Part shown: one piece after another, positions 30,378 to 40,626 of the stretch
Position numbering within the stretch: the stretch's first letter is position 1
Layout of the letters: each line of letters begins with the position of its first letter
Assembly (NCBI GenBank): GCA_963798795.1
Contig: CAWCUZ010000001.1
Span: 1,076,729 to 1,140,728 of the forward strand
DNA: 64,000 nt
Source of the DNA: an uncultured Acidobacteriota bacterium
Lineage (GTDB): Bacteria; Acidobacteriota; Vicinamibacteria; Vicinamibacterales; SCN-69-37
Reading direction: 5' to 3'
Notes under the pieces: model-generated
What the model was told of the DNA's origin: nothing
The model's input: the letters and a program-made list of their open reading frames with translations, nothing else
Database searches by the model: none
Position numbers and translations under genes: made by a program

Positions 30378-31393
30378 TTCGACTTCACCGCAATCTCGAT
30401 CGGCGACGCCGCGCCCCCGGCCGGCACCGACACCAGGCGCTCGAAGTAGGCGGGCCGGAAATCGAGATCCACGAACGTGTCCTCGTCGAAGAAACTGTCG
30501 ATGTCGGCGTCGTCCAGCGGCTCGGCTCGAATGACGTAGAGACCGGGTGTCAGGCCGCCGAGGACGAAGCTCCCCTGCTCATCGAGCGAGAATCCCCCGA
30601 CGAGCGTCCCCGTCGCCATGGAGAGCGCCGTCACGTGTGCGCCGAACACGCCGCGGCCGGCCAGCGTGACCCGTCCGCTGACGGCGCCGAGGTCCTGGCG
30701 GAACGCCGGCGTCCGATACACGTCCTGGATGCCTGCGACGTCGTCCGGCTTCAGGGTGCGGTCGACGAGGCTGCCCGGCGCGTAGGCGATCGGGAACATC
30801 ACCGCCCGCTTGCCGAGCACGCGGCGCCCCCCGTCGGGCCGCAGCTCCGTCTCGCCGAGTGCCGAGTGCGAAAGCCCCAGCAGGTGGCCGACCTCATGGA
30901 GCGCCACCGACTGCAGGTCGTACCGGCCGGCCTCTCCGTTCGCCGATGCCGACCACGTGAACGCCGGCGTCAGGTTGAAGAAGATGTCGGATTCGACGAG
31001 CGATCCATCCGTCTCGTCGACGACGAACGTCGTCGCGGCGAGCGTGCGCTCGAGTTCCGGACGCGCGCGGAACCCCATGACGTTGGCGCCGTCGTCGGCG
31101 AACGGCTCGTTGGAGGTGAACCCGCCGAACTGGCCGCTGATGCCGGTGCCGGGCACGGCGCCCCAGGTCGCGAACGCATGGTCGATCGCGGTCTGCAGGT
31201 CCGCGGCGCTCACCCCGGGCGCGTCGCGGTTGGTGACGAAGTACGGCACGGGAAACCGGGACCACCGCAAGCCCACGACCTGCGTCCCGACCCGAGCGCC
31301 GAGTTTGAGGTAGGCGCGCGCGGCCGGCGTCAGTCCGGACCCCAGCCCGAGAGCCACCAGCAGCACCACGGGCCTGGCGAGCCGACGGGTCAT
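30374..31393 (-). CDS. Matrixin (M10)-like zinc metalloprotease with a C-terminal carboxypeptidase-regulatory-like beta-sandwich.
   Basis: ORF of 339 aa with signal peptide MTRRLARPVVLLVALGLG and the zinc motif HEVGHLLGLSHS followed by a Met-turn candidate (AVMFP). The C-terminal part is GRVTLAGRGVFGAHVTAL...GLYVIRAEP. Confidence 0.8.
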   Translation of the reverse strand: MTRRLARPVVLLVALGLGSGLTPAARAYLKLGARVGTQVVGLRWSRFPVPYFVTNRDAPGVSAADLQTAIDHAFATWGAVPGTGISGQFGGFTSNEPFADDGANVMGFRARPELERTLAATTFVVDETDGSLVESDIFFNLTPAFTWSASANGEAGRYDLQSVALHEVGHLLGLSHSALGETELRPDGGRRVLGKRAVMFPIAYAPGSLVDRTLKPDDVAGIQDVYRTPAFRQDLGAVSGRVTLAGRGVFGAHVTALSMATGTLVGGFSLDEQGSFVLGGLTPGLYVIRAEPLDDADIDSFFDEDTFVDLDFRPAYFERLVSVPAGGAASPIEIAVKSK

Positions 31394-31953
31394 CGGCCGC
31401 CCGTGCCTTGACGCGCGCGCGTGGCCTGCACCAGCCGCACGAGCCCCTCGAACTCGGAGGGTGAAAGCCCGTGGCGGCGCGGTTCCCCACGGTTGACTCG
31501 GCCCGACGGCGCGGTGACGCCGGCCAGAAGCGGCGGATCCACCACGGCGCGGCCGCTCGCCGGTTCCGCCCGCACGTGGACGACCCCCATCGTCAGGCCG
31601 ATCGGACGCCAGTACCCATCGGCTCCGCGCCGGAGAAAGCAGAACACCTGTTCGCCCGCGCGGAGTTGCGGCGCGCCAATCATCACGTACCGGTACCGCC
31701 CGATCTCGCCGCCGGGGAACCTGAGCGAGACGAACGCCTGCGGCGACCCCTTCAGCACGCGATCGACCGCCAGCGTGGCGACCGACTCCACGCCGGATCG
31801 AGGCACCTCCACCGACCGCACGTCGGTGACGCGGCCGCGCACGATCAACTCCGCGTCGTCGACGAGCCCGCGGAACTCAGTAGGGATGACGACGGTCGCC
31901 GAAGCCGAAGCGGCCAGCGCCACGATCACGGTGGCTGTGAGACAGAAGCGCAT
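31390..31953 (-). CDS. Secreted hypothetical protein, first gene of a three-gene overlapping unit.
   Basis: ORF of 187 aa with signal peptide MRFCLTATVIVALAASASA. I recognise no family motif. Its stop overlaps the start of the matrixin gene. Confidence 0.5.
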   Translation of the reverse strand: MRFCLTATVIVALAASASATVVIPTEFRGLVDDAELIVRGRVTDVRSVEVPRSGVESVATLAVDRVLKGSPQAFVSLRFPGGEIGRYRYVMIGAPQLRAGEQVFCFLRRGADGYWRPIGLTMGVVHVRAEPASGRAVVDPPLLAGVTAPSGRVNRGEPRRHGLSPSEFEGLVRLVQATRARQGTGGR

Positions 31954-32015
31954 AAAGGGGGACGGGAGATTTTTCCACAGATTCGGGCGATCCGGGGACA
32001 GAGGATGGGCTGACG

Positions 32016-32072
32016 GAATTCAAGGATTCAAGGAATCAAGGATTCGAGGATTTGGGAGTTCAAGATTCAGAG
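32016..32072. repeat. Octamer tandem array (GATTCAAG-type) x7.
   Basis: gaattcaag gattcaag gaatcaag gattcgag gatttggg agttcaag attcagag. The array overlaps the lpxB stop codon (32060-32062). Confidence 0.85.
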
Positions 32073-33241
32073 TGCAGCATTCGGAGGACGGCTGCCGCCG
32101 CGCGCGCCGAGGCGCCCGGCCCGCCCAGACGTGCCCGGACCTCGGCCAGATCGCGGCGCATCGTGCTCGCGCGCGCCTCATCGGTCAACAGCGAGACCGC
32201 CTCGTCGGCGACGCGTTCGGGCGTGAAGGCGTCCTGAATCAGTTCCGGCACGACCGCGCGGCCGGCCACCAGATTGACCATGCCGTACGTGCTGACCCTG
32301 ACGACCCGCCGGCCGAGCCCGTAGGTCATCGGCGAGAGCCGATAGACGATCACCATGGGCCGGCCGTGCAGCGCGGTCTGGATGGTCGCCGTGCCGGACG
32401 CGGTGACCACCGCGTCCGACGCGGCGAGCACGTCGTCGGTGGCGTGCTCGACGACGGCGAGCGGCAGACCGGCCGCTCGCACGGCGTCGAGCGGCGCGAA
32501 CAAGTCGTCGTCGAGGGACGGGGCGCGGGCCAGCAGGAACTGGACGCCGGGCCGCCGCGCCGCGATCCGCGGCGCGGCGGCGGCGAGCGTCGGCAGGATG
32601 TGGCGCAGCTCGCTCGGGCGACTGCCCGGCAGCAGCGCCAGGATCGGCCGGCCGGGATCCAGGTCGACCGAGGCGAGAAATGCGTCCCGCGCGCGCCCGG
32701 CCTGCGTCAACTCCACGAGCGGATGTCCGACGAACTCCACCGGCACGCCGGCCTGCTCGTACATCTCCGCCTCGAACGGAAAGATCACCAGCATGCGGTC
32801 GACGTACCGCCGGATCGTCCGGAGCCGGCCGGGCCGCCAGGCCCAGAGCTGCGGGCTGACGTAGTAGACGATCCGCACGCCCCGGTCACGCAGCGCCGGC
32901 AGCAAGCGGAAATTGAAATCAGGGAAATCAATGGCGACAAACACGTCCGGCCGCCGCTCGCGCGCCGCCTCGCGCAGCTCGCGGAGCATCCGCCACGACT
33001 GCGGCAGCACGGAGAGCGCTTCGACGAGTCCGGTGACGGTGAAACCGCGATAGTCGCCGAGGAGATCGGCGCCGGCGGCGGCGAGCCGCGGTCCACCGAA
33101 CCCGAACGCCTGCACGCCGGGCCGCAGCGCGGTCAGCTCGCGCACGAGCGCGCCGGCATACAGATCGCCCGACGCCTCACCGCACGAGATCATCACGCGG
33201 GGCGGCCCGGCGCCGCGCCCGGCCGGCGGCGCGGGACTCAC
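32060..33241 (-). CDS. lpxB: Lipid-A-disaccharide synthase.
   Basis: ORF of 393 aa with MISCGEASGDLYAGALVREL, DFPDFNFRLLP, YYVSPQLWAWRPGR, FPFEAEMY, VGHPLV and ASGTATIQTALHGRPMVIVYR. The exact start (33241 or the internal Met) is uncertain. Confidence 0.9.
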   Translation of the reverse strand: MSPAPPAGRGAGPPRVMISCGEASGDLYAGALVRELTALRPGVQAFGFGGPRLAAAGADLLGDYRGFTVTGLVEALSVLPQSWRMLRELREAARERRPDVFVAIDFPDFNFRLLPALRDRGVRIVYYVSPQLWAWRPGRLRTIRRYVDRMLVIFPFEAEMYEQAGVPVEFVGHPLVELTQAGRARDAFLASVDLDPGRPILALLPGSRPSELRHILPTLAAAAPRIAARRPGVQFLLARAPSLDDDLFAPLDAVRAAGLPLAVVEHATDDVLAASDAVVTASGTATIQTALHGRPMVIVYRLSPMTYGLGRRVVRVSTYGMVNLVAGRAVVPELIQDAFTPERVADEAVSLLTDEARASTMRRDLAEVRARLGGPGASARAAAAVLRMLHSES

Positions 33242-34761
33242 CGGCCCGGGCGGCGCGGCCCGGCCGTTCGGCCGCCCGACGGCGGCGCCCGGCGGAGCGT
33301 TGGCGAGTTCAGGTCGAGCTCGCTGAGGGGAATCCGCTCGAAGTCGTCGAAACCCAGCGCCTTCAGCTGATCGACGAACCTGGCCGCGTCGCCGACCAGC
33401 ACGATCGACAACCGGTCGGGCCTCAGTAAGGCGCGCGCGACGCGGTCGACGTCCTCCACGGTCACCGCGTTGACGCGATCGCGGAACGTCTCGAGGTCCT
33501 TCAGATCCAGGCCGTAGAAGAGCTGGTTGAGCACCTGGAGGGCGATCGCACTCGGCGTTTCGACGGTCAGTGGGAAGCTGCCGGCCAGAAAGTCCCGCGC
33601 CCCCGCCAGTTCACGCGCGTCGACGGGCGTCCGCTGAAGCCGGGCGAATTCGTCCACCATCAGCCGCAGCGCCTCGCCGGTCGTCGGCGACCGCGTATTG
33701 GTCTGGGCGACCATTTCGCCGGCGCCCTTGAAGGCGTGCAGGTCGGCCGAGGCGCCGTAGGTCAGGCCGCGATCGCTTCGCAGCACGCCGAACAGCCGGT
33801 TGGCGCCCTCGCCGCCGAGGATGCGAATCGCCATGTCGAGCGTCAGATAGTCCGGATTCGTCCGCGCGATCGACAGATGGCCGATCCGGATCTCGGTCTG
33901 CGCCGAACCTGGCCGATCGATGACGACGACGCGCCGGATCGGCGCCGGCGGCTCGATCGGCGCGATGGTCGGCACGTCCTTGCGCGCCCAGTCCCCGAAG
34001 GCCCGCTCGGCCGCCGCGAAGGCCTCGTCGGCGGTAATGTCACCGACGATCGCGAGCAGCGCGTTGTTCGGCAGGAACCAGGTGTCGTGAAACGCCACCA
34101 GGTCCTCGCGCTTGAGCCGGCTGATCGACTCCGGCGTCCCGTCCCCAGGCCGCCCGTACGGGTGATATCCGAACACGAGCCGGTCGAAGACGATGTCGGC
34201 CACGTAGTCCGGATCGTCGTAGCTCACCTGCAGGCTCGACAGCGCCTGGCGCCGCTCGCGCTCGATTTCGTCCGGCGCGAACGCCGGACGCTGCACCATG
34301 TCGGCTGCCAGCCCGAGCGCCAGGTCGGTCCGGTCGTTCACGACGGCGCCGCTGACGAACGTCAGCTCGTTGCCGGCGCCGGCGCCGAGGATGCCCCCGG
34401 CCGACTCGATGAGGTCCGCAATCTGCTCGGAGGACTTCGTGGTCGTCCCCTGGTCGAGCAGCGACGCCACGAATCCGGCCACGCCGGGTTTGTCGGCTGG
34501 CTCCTGCATCGCGCCCGCGCGGACGAGCAGCCGGAAATCGATCGAGGGCTGTTCGTGGTGCATGACGACGAGCACCTGCAGCCCGTTCTTCAGCGTGCGG
34601 ATCTCATAGGGCGGAAAGGAGACCGGGTGTTCGGCCAGCGGCCGCGGGCGCCTGATCGCTCGGCCACTCCTGCCGCTGAGCCGCGGGCGCGGCGACCCGA
34701 AGCTCACTGCCGCCAGCAGCGCCGCGCCGGCCAGGACGGCGGACCGCCGCCGCGCGGTCAT
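33238..34761 (-). CDS. M16-family (pitrilysin) peptidase homologue lacking the HxxEH motif, probably a non-catalytic partner subunit.
   Basis: ORF of 507 aa with an M16 fold signature but VAGFVASLLDQGT where HxxEH would be. It overlaps lpxB and the upstream M16 gene by 4 nt each. Confidence 0.75.
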   Translation of the reverse strand: MTARRRSAVLAGAALLAAVSFGSPRPRLSGRSGRAIRRPRPLAEHPVSFPPYEIRTLKNGLQVLVVMHHEQPSIDFRLLVRAGAMQEPADKPGVAGFVASLLDQGTTTKSSEQIADLIESAGGILGAGAGNELTFVSGAVVNDRTDLALGLAADMVQRPAFAPDEIERERRQALSSLQVSYDDPDYVADIVFDRLVFGYHPYGRPGDGTPESISRLKREDLVAFHDTWFLPNNALLAIVGDITADEAFAAAERAFGDWARKDVPTIAPIEPPAPIRRVVVIDRPGSAQTEIRIGHLSIARTNPDYLTLDMAIRILGGEGANRLFGVLRSDRGLTYGASADLHAFKGAGEMVAQTNTRSPTTGEALRLMVDEFARLQRTPVDARELAGARDFLAGSFPLTVETPSAIALQVLNQLFYGLDLKDLETFRDRVNAVTVEDVDRVARALLRPDRLSIVLVGDAARFVDQLKALGFDDFERIPLSELDLNSPTLRRAPPSGGRTAGPRRPGR

Positions 34762-36123
34762 TGCCCGCCTCCGGTCCCGGCGGCGGCTGCGGGCAGCACG
34801 GTCAGCCGCATGCGCGACTCGGGCGTGAAGTAGTTCGTCGCCACGCGCTGCACGTCCTCGGCGGTCACGTTCTGGAAGAGGTCGAACTCGCCGTCAGCCG
34901 TCCTGATGTCGTTGTGGATCACGATGGCGTGCGCGAGCTGCAGCGCTTTCTGCCGCACCGTCTCGCGGCCGAGGATGTAGTCGCGGGCGAACTGCCGCTT
35001 GGCCCGGTTCAGCTCCTCGGCGGTGATGCCCTCGCTCTTGATGCGATCGATCTGCCGCTGCAGCTCGTCCATGACTTCATCGGGCTGATGCCCGGGCTGG
35101 ACGATCGCGACGGCGTAAAAGAGATTCGGATCCTCGATCAGCTTCGCCTCGCCGAACGCCGCCAGCGCCAGCTGCTTCTCGTAGACGAGATCCTGGTAGA
35201 TGCGCGAGCTGTCCCCGTCGGACAGGATCTTCGCCAGGATGTGCAGTGGATACGAGTCCGGGATTGCCGTCGTAGGTGATGTGATAGGACACGACCACGG
35301 CCGGCAGCGGCCAGTTCTCCGTCACCGTGAAGCGCGCCTCGGCCGTGTGCGCCGGCTCCGCGGCAATGTCGCGCGGCACGGGCCGGCCCTTCGGTACGCG
35401 GCCGAGATACTGCTCGACCAGGTCCTCCGCCTGCTTCGTCTCGAAGTCGCCGACGAGCGCCACCGTGGCGTTGTTCGGCACGTAGTAGGTGTCGTGGAAG
35501 GCCCGCACATCGTCAATCGACGCCGCCTCCAGGTCCGCCATGCTGCCGATCGTCTGGTGCTTGTAGGGATGTGTCGTGAACGCCTTGTCGAAGATGATCT
35601 CCGACAGCCGGCCGAACGGCTGGTTCTCGAACCGCATCCGGCGCTCTTCCTTGACGACTTCGCGCTCGGTCGTGAACTTGTCCTCGCTCACGTCGAGCGA
35701 CGCCATCCGGTCGGCCTCGAGCCACAGCGCCATCGGCAGGGACTGCGCCGGGACGGTTTCCCAGTAGATCGTTGTGTCCTCGTCCGTGAAGGCGTTGGAC
35801 TGGCCACCGATGCTCGTGATGAGCGACGGGTGCTGATCGGGCCGCACGTTCTTCGAGCCCTTGAACATCAGGTGCTCGAACAGATGCGCAAACCCGGTCC
35901 GGCCCGGCTTCTCGTCCCGCGAACCGACGTGGTACCAGATCGCCACGTGGACGATCGGCGTCGAGTGATCCTCCAGATAGACCACCTGCAGCCCGTTGGC
36001 CAGCGTGTTCATCGTGTAGTCGAATTTCGGCGGGCGGGGCACCGCGGCCGGCGCCGCGGCGCTCGGCACCACGAACAGGGCGCCCAGCAGGGCCGTCGCA
36101 CGCAGACATTTCGAGCCGATCAT
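34758..36123 (-). pseudogene. M16-family zinc peptidase (catalytic, HxxEH) with one frameshift.
   Basis: ORF 35077..36171 from MIGSKCLRATALLGALFVV carries GFAHLFEHLMFKG, EREVVKEER and more, up to VVSYHITYDGNP. The conserved continuation DSYPLHILAKILSDGDSSRIYQDLVYEKQLALAAFGEAKLIEDPNLFYAVAIVQPGHQPDEVMDELQRQIDRIK... is in the frame of ORF 34758..35072. An extra base lies near 35260. Confidence 0.8.
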
Positions 36124-36190
36124 CAACCGATTATAGACGGCGGCCGCCGCCTCCCGCGGAGCGCGGCGCACCCGATGGGCCCGTCCGCGG

Positions 36191-37234
36191 CTATCGCTTC
36201 TGCTCTTCGAGGCGCCTGAGGCGCTCCGTCAAGTCGCGCAGGCTCTCGCGCAGCTCCGACAGCCGCCGCAGCAGCACGACCGATTCGCGCCAGTCGTCCA
36301 CGTCGACGGCCGGGATGCCTGCCACATGGCGGCCCGGCTCCACGTCCTTGGTGACGGCGGACTTGGCGCCGACCATCGCGCCGCGGCCAAGCCGCACGTG
36401 CCCGGTCGCGCCCGACTGCCCCGCCATGACCACGTCGTCCTCGAGGAGGGTGCTGCCGGCGATCCCGACCTGCGCCGCGAGCAGCACGTTCCGGCCGATG
36501 TGGACGCCGTGCGCCACCTGGACCAGGTTGTCGATCTTGGCTCCAGCCCCGATGCGCGTTTCGCCCACGGCCGGCCGATCGATGGCCGAGTGCGCGCCGA
36601 TCTCGACGTCGTCTTCCACGATGACCCGGCCGACCTGCGGGATCTTCTGATGCGTGCCGTCCTGCCGCCGCGCGAACCCGAACCCGTCGCTTCCGATCAC
36701 CGCGCCGTCCTGCACGACGACGCGGTCGCCGATCTCGACGCCATCCCGGATCGACACGTGCGCATGCACGACACAGTCGCGGCCGAGCACGACGCCCGCG
36801 CCGACTACCACGTGGGGATGGAGGACGGTCCCGGCGCCGATGCGCGCTCCGGCGCCGACGACGACGCATGGCGCGATACTCGCGTCCGCGCCGATCTCGG
36901 CCGTCGGGTCGATGGCCGCAAGCGGACTGATGCCCGCCGGCGGCCGTGCCGGCGGCGTGAGCAGGGCCACGGCGTCCGCAAACGCGAGATACGGCTGCGG
37001 CGTCCGCAGCACCGCGCACGGCGCGCCGTTCACCGTGTCGTCGGCGATGACCGCCGAGGCGTGCGTGGCGGCGAGCCGTGAGGCGTACTTGGGATTGGCG
37101 AGGAACGTGACGTCCCCCGGCTGGGCGCTTTCGATCCCCGCGACGCGGGTGACGTCGACCGAGCCGTCACCCTCCAGGCGGCAGCCGAGTTGGCGCGCCA
37201 GTTCCGCCAGTGTCACGGCGCGCGAGTATACCAT
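36191..37234 (-). CDS. lpxD: UDP-3-O-acylglucosamine N-acyltransferase.
   Basis: This is the last 347 aa of track ORF 36191..37699, from MVYSRAVTLAELARQLG. It has hexapeptide repeats throughout, FLANPKY, and GFGFARRQDGTHQKIPQVGRVIVEDDVEIGA. Confidence 0.9.
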   Translation of the reverse strand: MVYSRAVTLAELARQLGCRLEGDGSVDVTRVAGIESAQPGDVTFLANPKYASRLAATHASAVIADDTVNGAPCAVLRTPQPYLAFADAVALLTPPARPPAGISPLAAIDPTAEIGADASIAPCVVVGAGARIGAGTVLHPHVVVGAGVVLGRDCVVHAHVSIRDGVEIGDRVVVQDGAVIGSDGFGFARRQDGTHQKIPQVGRVIVEDDVEIGAHSAIDRPAVGETRIGAGAKIDNLVQVAHGVHIGRNVLLAAQVGIAGSTLLEDDVVMAGQSGATGHVRLGRGAMVGAKSAVTKDVEPGRHVAGIPAVDVDDWRESVVLLRRLSELRESLRDLTERLRRLEEQKR

Positions 37235-37242
37235 CCGGTCGA

Positions 37243-37914
37243 TCAGCCCCGCTGTGCCACGCGGGCCAGGTGCGCGGCCAGCCGCGGCAGCCCGAGGGCC
37301 CCCGCCACGTCCTCGACAGTCTGCCGCCGAGCCGGCTCTGTCTCCTGCAGCGCGCGCGCGAGCCGCGTGAGGTCGGCAGACGGCTGTCGCCGCCACTGCA
37401 CGCGACGCCGGCCGTGATCGGCGCCCCGCATCGACAGGAGATGGCCCACCGCCCGAAACAGGAAGTAGAACCCGATGACATTGGGGCCGGGCAGCAGCGC
37501 AACCGGAATCGAGGCGACGGCCAGCACCGCATTGACGAGCATCCACCGGCGGTGGCGCCGGAGGTCGTGATTGAGCTGGCGGCGGAGGATCTGCTCCGCG
37601 CGGGGGCCGTCGAGCTCGTCCGGGTGGACGAGCCGGGCCTCGCCCTCGCGTCGCAGGCGCCAGAGCAGCCGCTGTTCGGCGACCGCCTCCGCGATCCACC
37701 GGACGAGCACCCGGCGCACGCGGCCATGCGACACGTCGTGGGCCTCGCCCTGCCGCACGCGCTCGCCTTCGGCCGCGACCCGGCTCACGAACGCGCCCAG
37801 GCGGTCGCGCCAGGACGCCGCGGGTGACGCCGCGTCGCCGGCCGCAGGCTCGGCCGCCGGCTCGCAGTAGAGCTCGTACCGGTCGGCGCCGACCGGGATC
37901 AGGAACACCTCCAT
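37243..37914 (-). CDS. Conserved hypothetical membrane protein.
   Basis: ORF of 223 aa. It starts MEVFLIPVGADRYELYCE and has two hydrophobic helices (WMLVNAVLAVASIPVALLPGPNVIGFYFLFRAVGHLL). It is tightly spaced upstream of lpxD. Confidence 0.5.
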   Translation of the reverse strand: MEVFLIPVGADRYELYCEPAAEPAAGDAASPAASWRDRLGAFVSRVAAEGERVRQGEAHDVSHGRVRRVLVRWIAEAVAEQRLLWRLRREGEARLVHPDELDGPRAEQILRRQLNHDLRRHRRWMLVNAVLAVASIPVALLPGPNVIGFYFLFRAVGHLLSMRGADHGRRRVQWRRQPSADLTRLARALQETEPARRQTVEDVAGALGLPRLAAHLARVAQRG

Positions 37915-37924
37915 CAGCGGGGAG

Positions 37925-38848
37925 TCAGCGCGCCGGCCGCCGGGCAGGGCGCGGGTCGGCGCCGGGAAGCTTGGGTTTGCCGGCGCGCGTCCAGGCGGCC
38001 GCGATCACGCTGGCGACGCCGCTCGCGGAATCGCTCAATCGCCGCTCCAGAATCGTTCGCGCGCCGTCGAAGAACGCGGCGTAGTACGCGTCGTCATAGC
38101 CGGAATGCGCGGAGGCGGCGCGACGATCGGCGTCGAGCAGCGGTGCGACGAGCGACTGACTCTCGACGAGCTGGGCGAAGACGAAGCCGACGGCGTCCGC
38201 GATCGGCGTGACGCGCACCGGGGCGAGCGTCAGCCGGTCGAGGTTGCGCAGCACGAGCGCCGTCTCGAAGCGCGCATGGATGCCGCGCTGGCCCGTCAAC
38301 TGGCCGTCGTGGTTCGCGGTGGCGTGGAACGGCTGGTGCGCGTCCTCGACGTAGTGCGCCAGCACCGCGGCGATGTAGCGAGCGTTGTCGGCGGCGTACG
38401 GACGGTCGGGCCGCCCGATGTCGCGGAACGCGGCGACCAGCCGGTCGAACATCTCCCCGACGCGCCACGGCAGCCATCCGTTGCGATCGGCGGCCTGCTG
38501 GCCGTACTTCGCGACGTAGGCGGTCCAATCGTGGGGGACACCGCGAAACGGCGGCGGCTCGCCCAGGCCATCGATGTCGAGATAGTGATTGGGATCCTCG
38601 GCGCCGCGTTCGTTGCGCAGCCCGACCACGCGCCAGAGATCGGGATCGGCACTGTGCTCGCCGATGAAGTCGCGCTGGCTCTGGAAGAACGGCCGGATCT
38701 CGAGCGGCAGGCCGTCGATGGCGCGGCGGGTCAGCATCCGGTGCACGTCCATGCCCCACGCGCCGATCGACGCCGGGGCCATGAGCGCCGCGGCGAGCAG
38801 CATCGCCGTCATCGCACCGAATCGTCGCCGCAACCGGGCCAATCGCAC
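37925..38848 (-). CDS. S1/P1 nuclease / zinc-dependent phospholipase C superfamily protein, secreted.
   Basis: ORF of 307 aa. The signal peptide ends in ...ASIGAWGMDVHRML (a mature N-terminal Trp plus His is typical of this superfamily). Further His/Asp ligand candidates are HSADPD, NHYLDID and LAHYVEDAHQPFHAT. The family call is tentative. Confidence 0.5.
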   Translation of the reverse strand: MRLARLRRRFGAMTAMLLAAALMAPASIGAWGMDVHRMLTRRAIDGLPLEIRPFFQSQRDFIGEHSADPDLWRVVGLRNERGAEDPNHYLDIDGLGEPPPFRGVPHDWTAYVAKYGQQAADRNGWLPWRVGEMFDRLVAAFRDIGRPDRPYAADNARYIAAVLAHYVEDAHQPFHATANHDGQLTGQRGIHARFETALVLRNLDRLTLAPVRVTPIADAVGFVFAQLVESQSLVAPLLDADRRAASAHSGYDDAYYAAFFDGARTILERRLSDSASGVASVIAAAWTRAGKPKLPGADPRPARRPAR

Positions 38849-38876
38849 CGCGTCACCATGCTAGCATCCCGGTGAG

Positions 38877-39173
38877 ATGCCCTCGAAACTGACGCGCGAC
38901 GAGGTCCGTCGGGTGGCCGAGCTCGCCCACCTGGCCTTGACCGACGCCGAGATCGATCTGTTCACGACCCAGCTCGACGGCATTCTCACGATGGCCGAAG
39001 AGGTCCAGCGGATCGACACGACCGGCGTCCCCGAGACCCCGCACCCGGCGGGCGACGCCGCGGCCTGGCGCGAGGATGCGCCGGCCGGCTCGCTCGACCG
39101 GGCCGACGCGCTCGCCAACGCGCCGGACGCGTCGCCCGACCGTGCCTTCTTCCGCGTCCCGAAGGTGCTCTGA
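38877..39173 (+). CDS. gatC: Asp/Glu-tRNA(Asn/Gln) amidotransferase subunit C.
   Basis: ORF of 98 aa with [47 protein letters not shown] and FFRVPKVL. Confidence 0.9.
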   Translation: MPSKLTRDEVRRVAELAHLALTDAEIDLFTTQLDGILTMAEEVQRIDTTGVPETPHPAGDAAAWREDAPAGSLDRADALANAPDASPDRAFFRVPKVL

Positions 39174-39183
39174 TCCCACCGAC

Positions 39184-40626
39184 ATGTCCGACGAGCTGAC
39201 GACCGCTCTCGCGCAGCGCGACGCGATTCGGCGCCGTAGGGTCTCGGCGCGCGAGCTGGCCGTGCGCGCCCTTGCGCGCATCGAGGCCCGGGACGGGCAT
39301 CTGCACGCGTTTCAACTGGTCGAGCCGGCGCGCACTCTCGCCCGCGCCGACGCCATCGACCGCGCCGGTCCATCCGACGCGCCGCTCGCCGGCGTGCCGG
39401 TGGCCGTCAAGGACAACATCGCCGTTCGCGGAATGCCCACCACGGCCGGCTCGCGGATGCTGGCGTCGTACGTGCCGCCCTTCGATGCCACGGTCGTCCG
39501 CCGCCTCGAAGCCGCCGGCGCCCTCGTCGTCGGCAAGACGGTGTGCGACGAGTTCGCGATGGGATCGTCCACCGAGAATTCCGCGTTCGGGCCGTCGCGT
39601 AATCCCTGGGCCACCGATCGGACTCCTGGCGGGTCGAGCGGCGGATCGGCCGTGGCCGTGGCTGCGGGGCTGACGCCGCTCGCACTCGGATCGGACACGG
39701 GGGGTTCCATCCGCCAGCCGGCCGCCTTGTGCGGCGTCGTGGGTGTCAAGCCGACCTACGGTCGCGTCTCGCGCTACGGCCTGGTCGCGTTCGCGTCCTC
39801 GCTCGACCAGATCGGCCCGATCGCCACCAGCGTAGCCGATACCGCCCTGGCGCTCGAGGTGCTCAGCGGGTCCGATGTGCACGACGCGACGTCGGCCGCG
39901 CGCGACGTGCCGCCCTGGAGTGCACAGCTCGAGGCGCCGGTCGCCGGTCTGCGCGTCGGCGTTCCGCGCCACCTCCTCGAACGCGGCATCGAAGCCGGCG
40001 TGGCGGCCCGATTCGAGCACGCGCTAAGCGTGCTGGTGGACCGCAGCATCGCCGTGCGGACCATCGAGCTGCCGCACAGCCGCGCCGCCATTGCCGTCTA
40101 CTACCTGGTCGCCACCGCGGAAGCCAGTTCCAACCTGGCCCGCTACGACGGCGTCCGCTACGGGTTGCGCGTGGCAGCCGGGACGGTGGACGAGATGTTC
40201 GAGCGCTCCCGGAGCGCCGGCTTCGGCGCGGAGGTCAAGCGCCGCATCATGCTCGGCACGTACGTGCTCAGCGCCGGCTACTACGACGCGTATTATCGAA
40301 AGGCCCAGCAGGTTCGCACGCTCATTCGCGACGACTTCGACCGGGCATTCCAGGACGTCGACGTCGTGGCGCTGCCGACCAGCCCCACGACCGCATTCCA
40401 GCTCGGGGCGCGAACGGCCGACCCGCTGCAGATGTATCTGGCCGACGTCTTCACGGTCAGCGCCTCGCTGGCCGGACTCCCCGCACTCAGCGTACCCTGC
40501 GGCCTGGCCCCGGACGGACTGCCGGTGGGCCTGCAGCTCATCGGCCGCGCCTGGGACGAGGCGACGATTCTCCGGATCGCCCACCAGTATCAGCAGGCGG
40601 CACCGACGGCTCTTCCGGCCGTGTGA
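39184..40626 (+). CDS. gatA: Asp/Glu-tRNA(Asn/Gln) amidotransferase subunit A.
   Basis: ORF 39076..40626 from [11 protein letters not shown]. The amidase signature is present: [65 protein letters not shown], and [13 protein letters not shown]. Confidence 0.95.
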   Translation: MSDELTTALAQRDAIRRRRVSARELAVRALARIEARDGHLHAFQLVEPARTLARADAIDRAGPSDAPLAGVPVAVKDNIAVRGMPTTAGSRMLASYVPPFDATVVRRLEAAGALVVGKTVCDEFAMGSSTENSAFGPSRNPWATDRTPGGSSGGSAVAVAAGLTPLALGSDTGGSIRQPAALCGVVGVKPTYGRVSRYGLVAFASSLDQIGPIATSVADTALALEVLSGSDVHDATSAARDVPPWSAQLEAPVAGLRVGVPRHLLERGIEAGVAARFEHALSVLVDRSIAVRTIELPHSRAAIAVYYLVATAEASSNLARYDGVRYGLRVAAGTVDEMFERSRSAGFGAEVKRRIMLGTYVLSAGYYDAYYRKAQQVRTLIRDDFDRAFQDVDVVALPTSPTTAFQLGARTADPLQMYLADVFTVSASLAGLPALSVPCGLAPDGLPVGLQLIGRAWDEATILRIAHQYQQAAPTALPAV

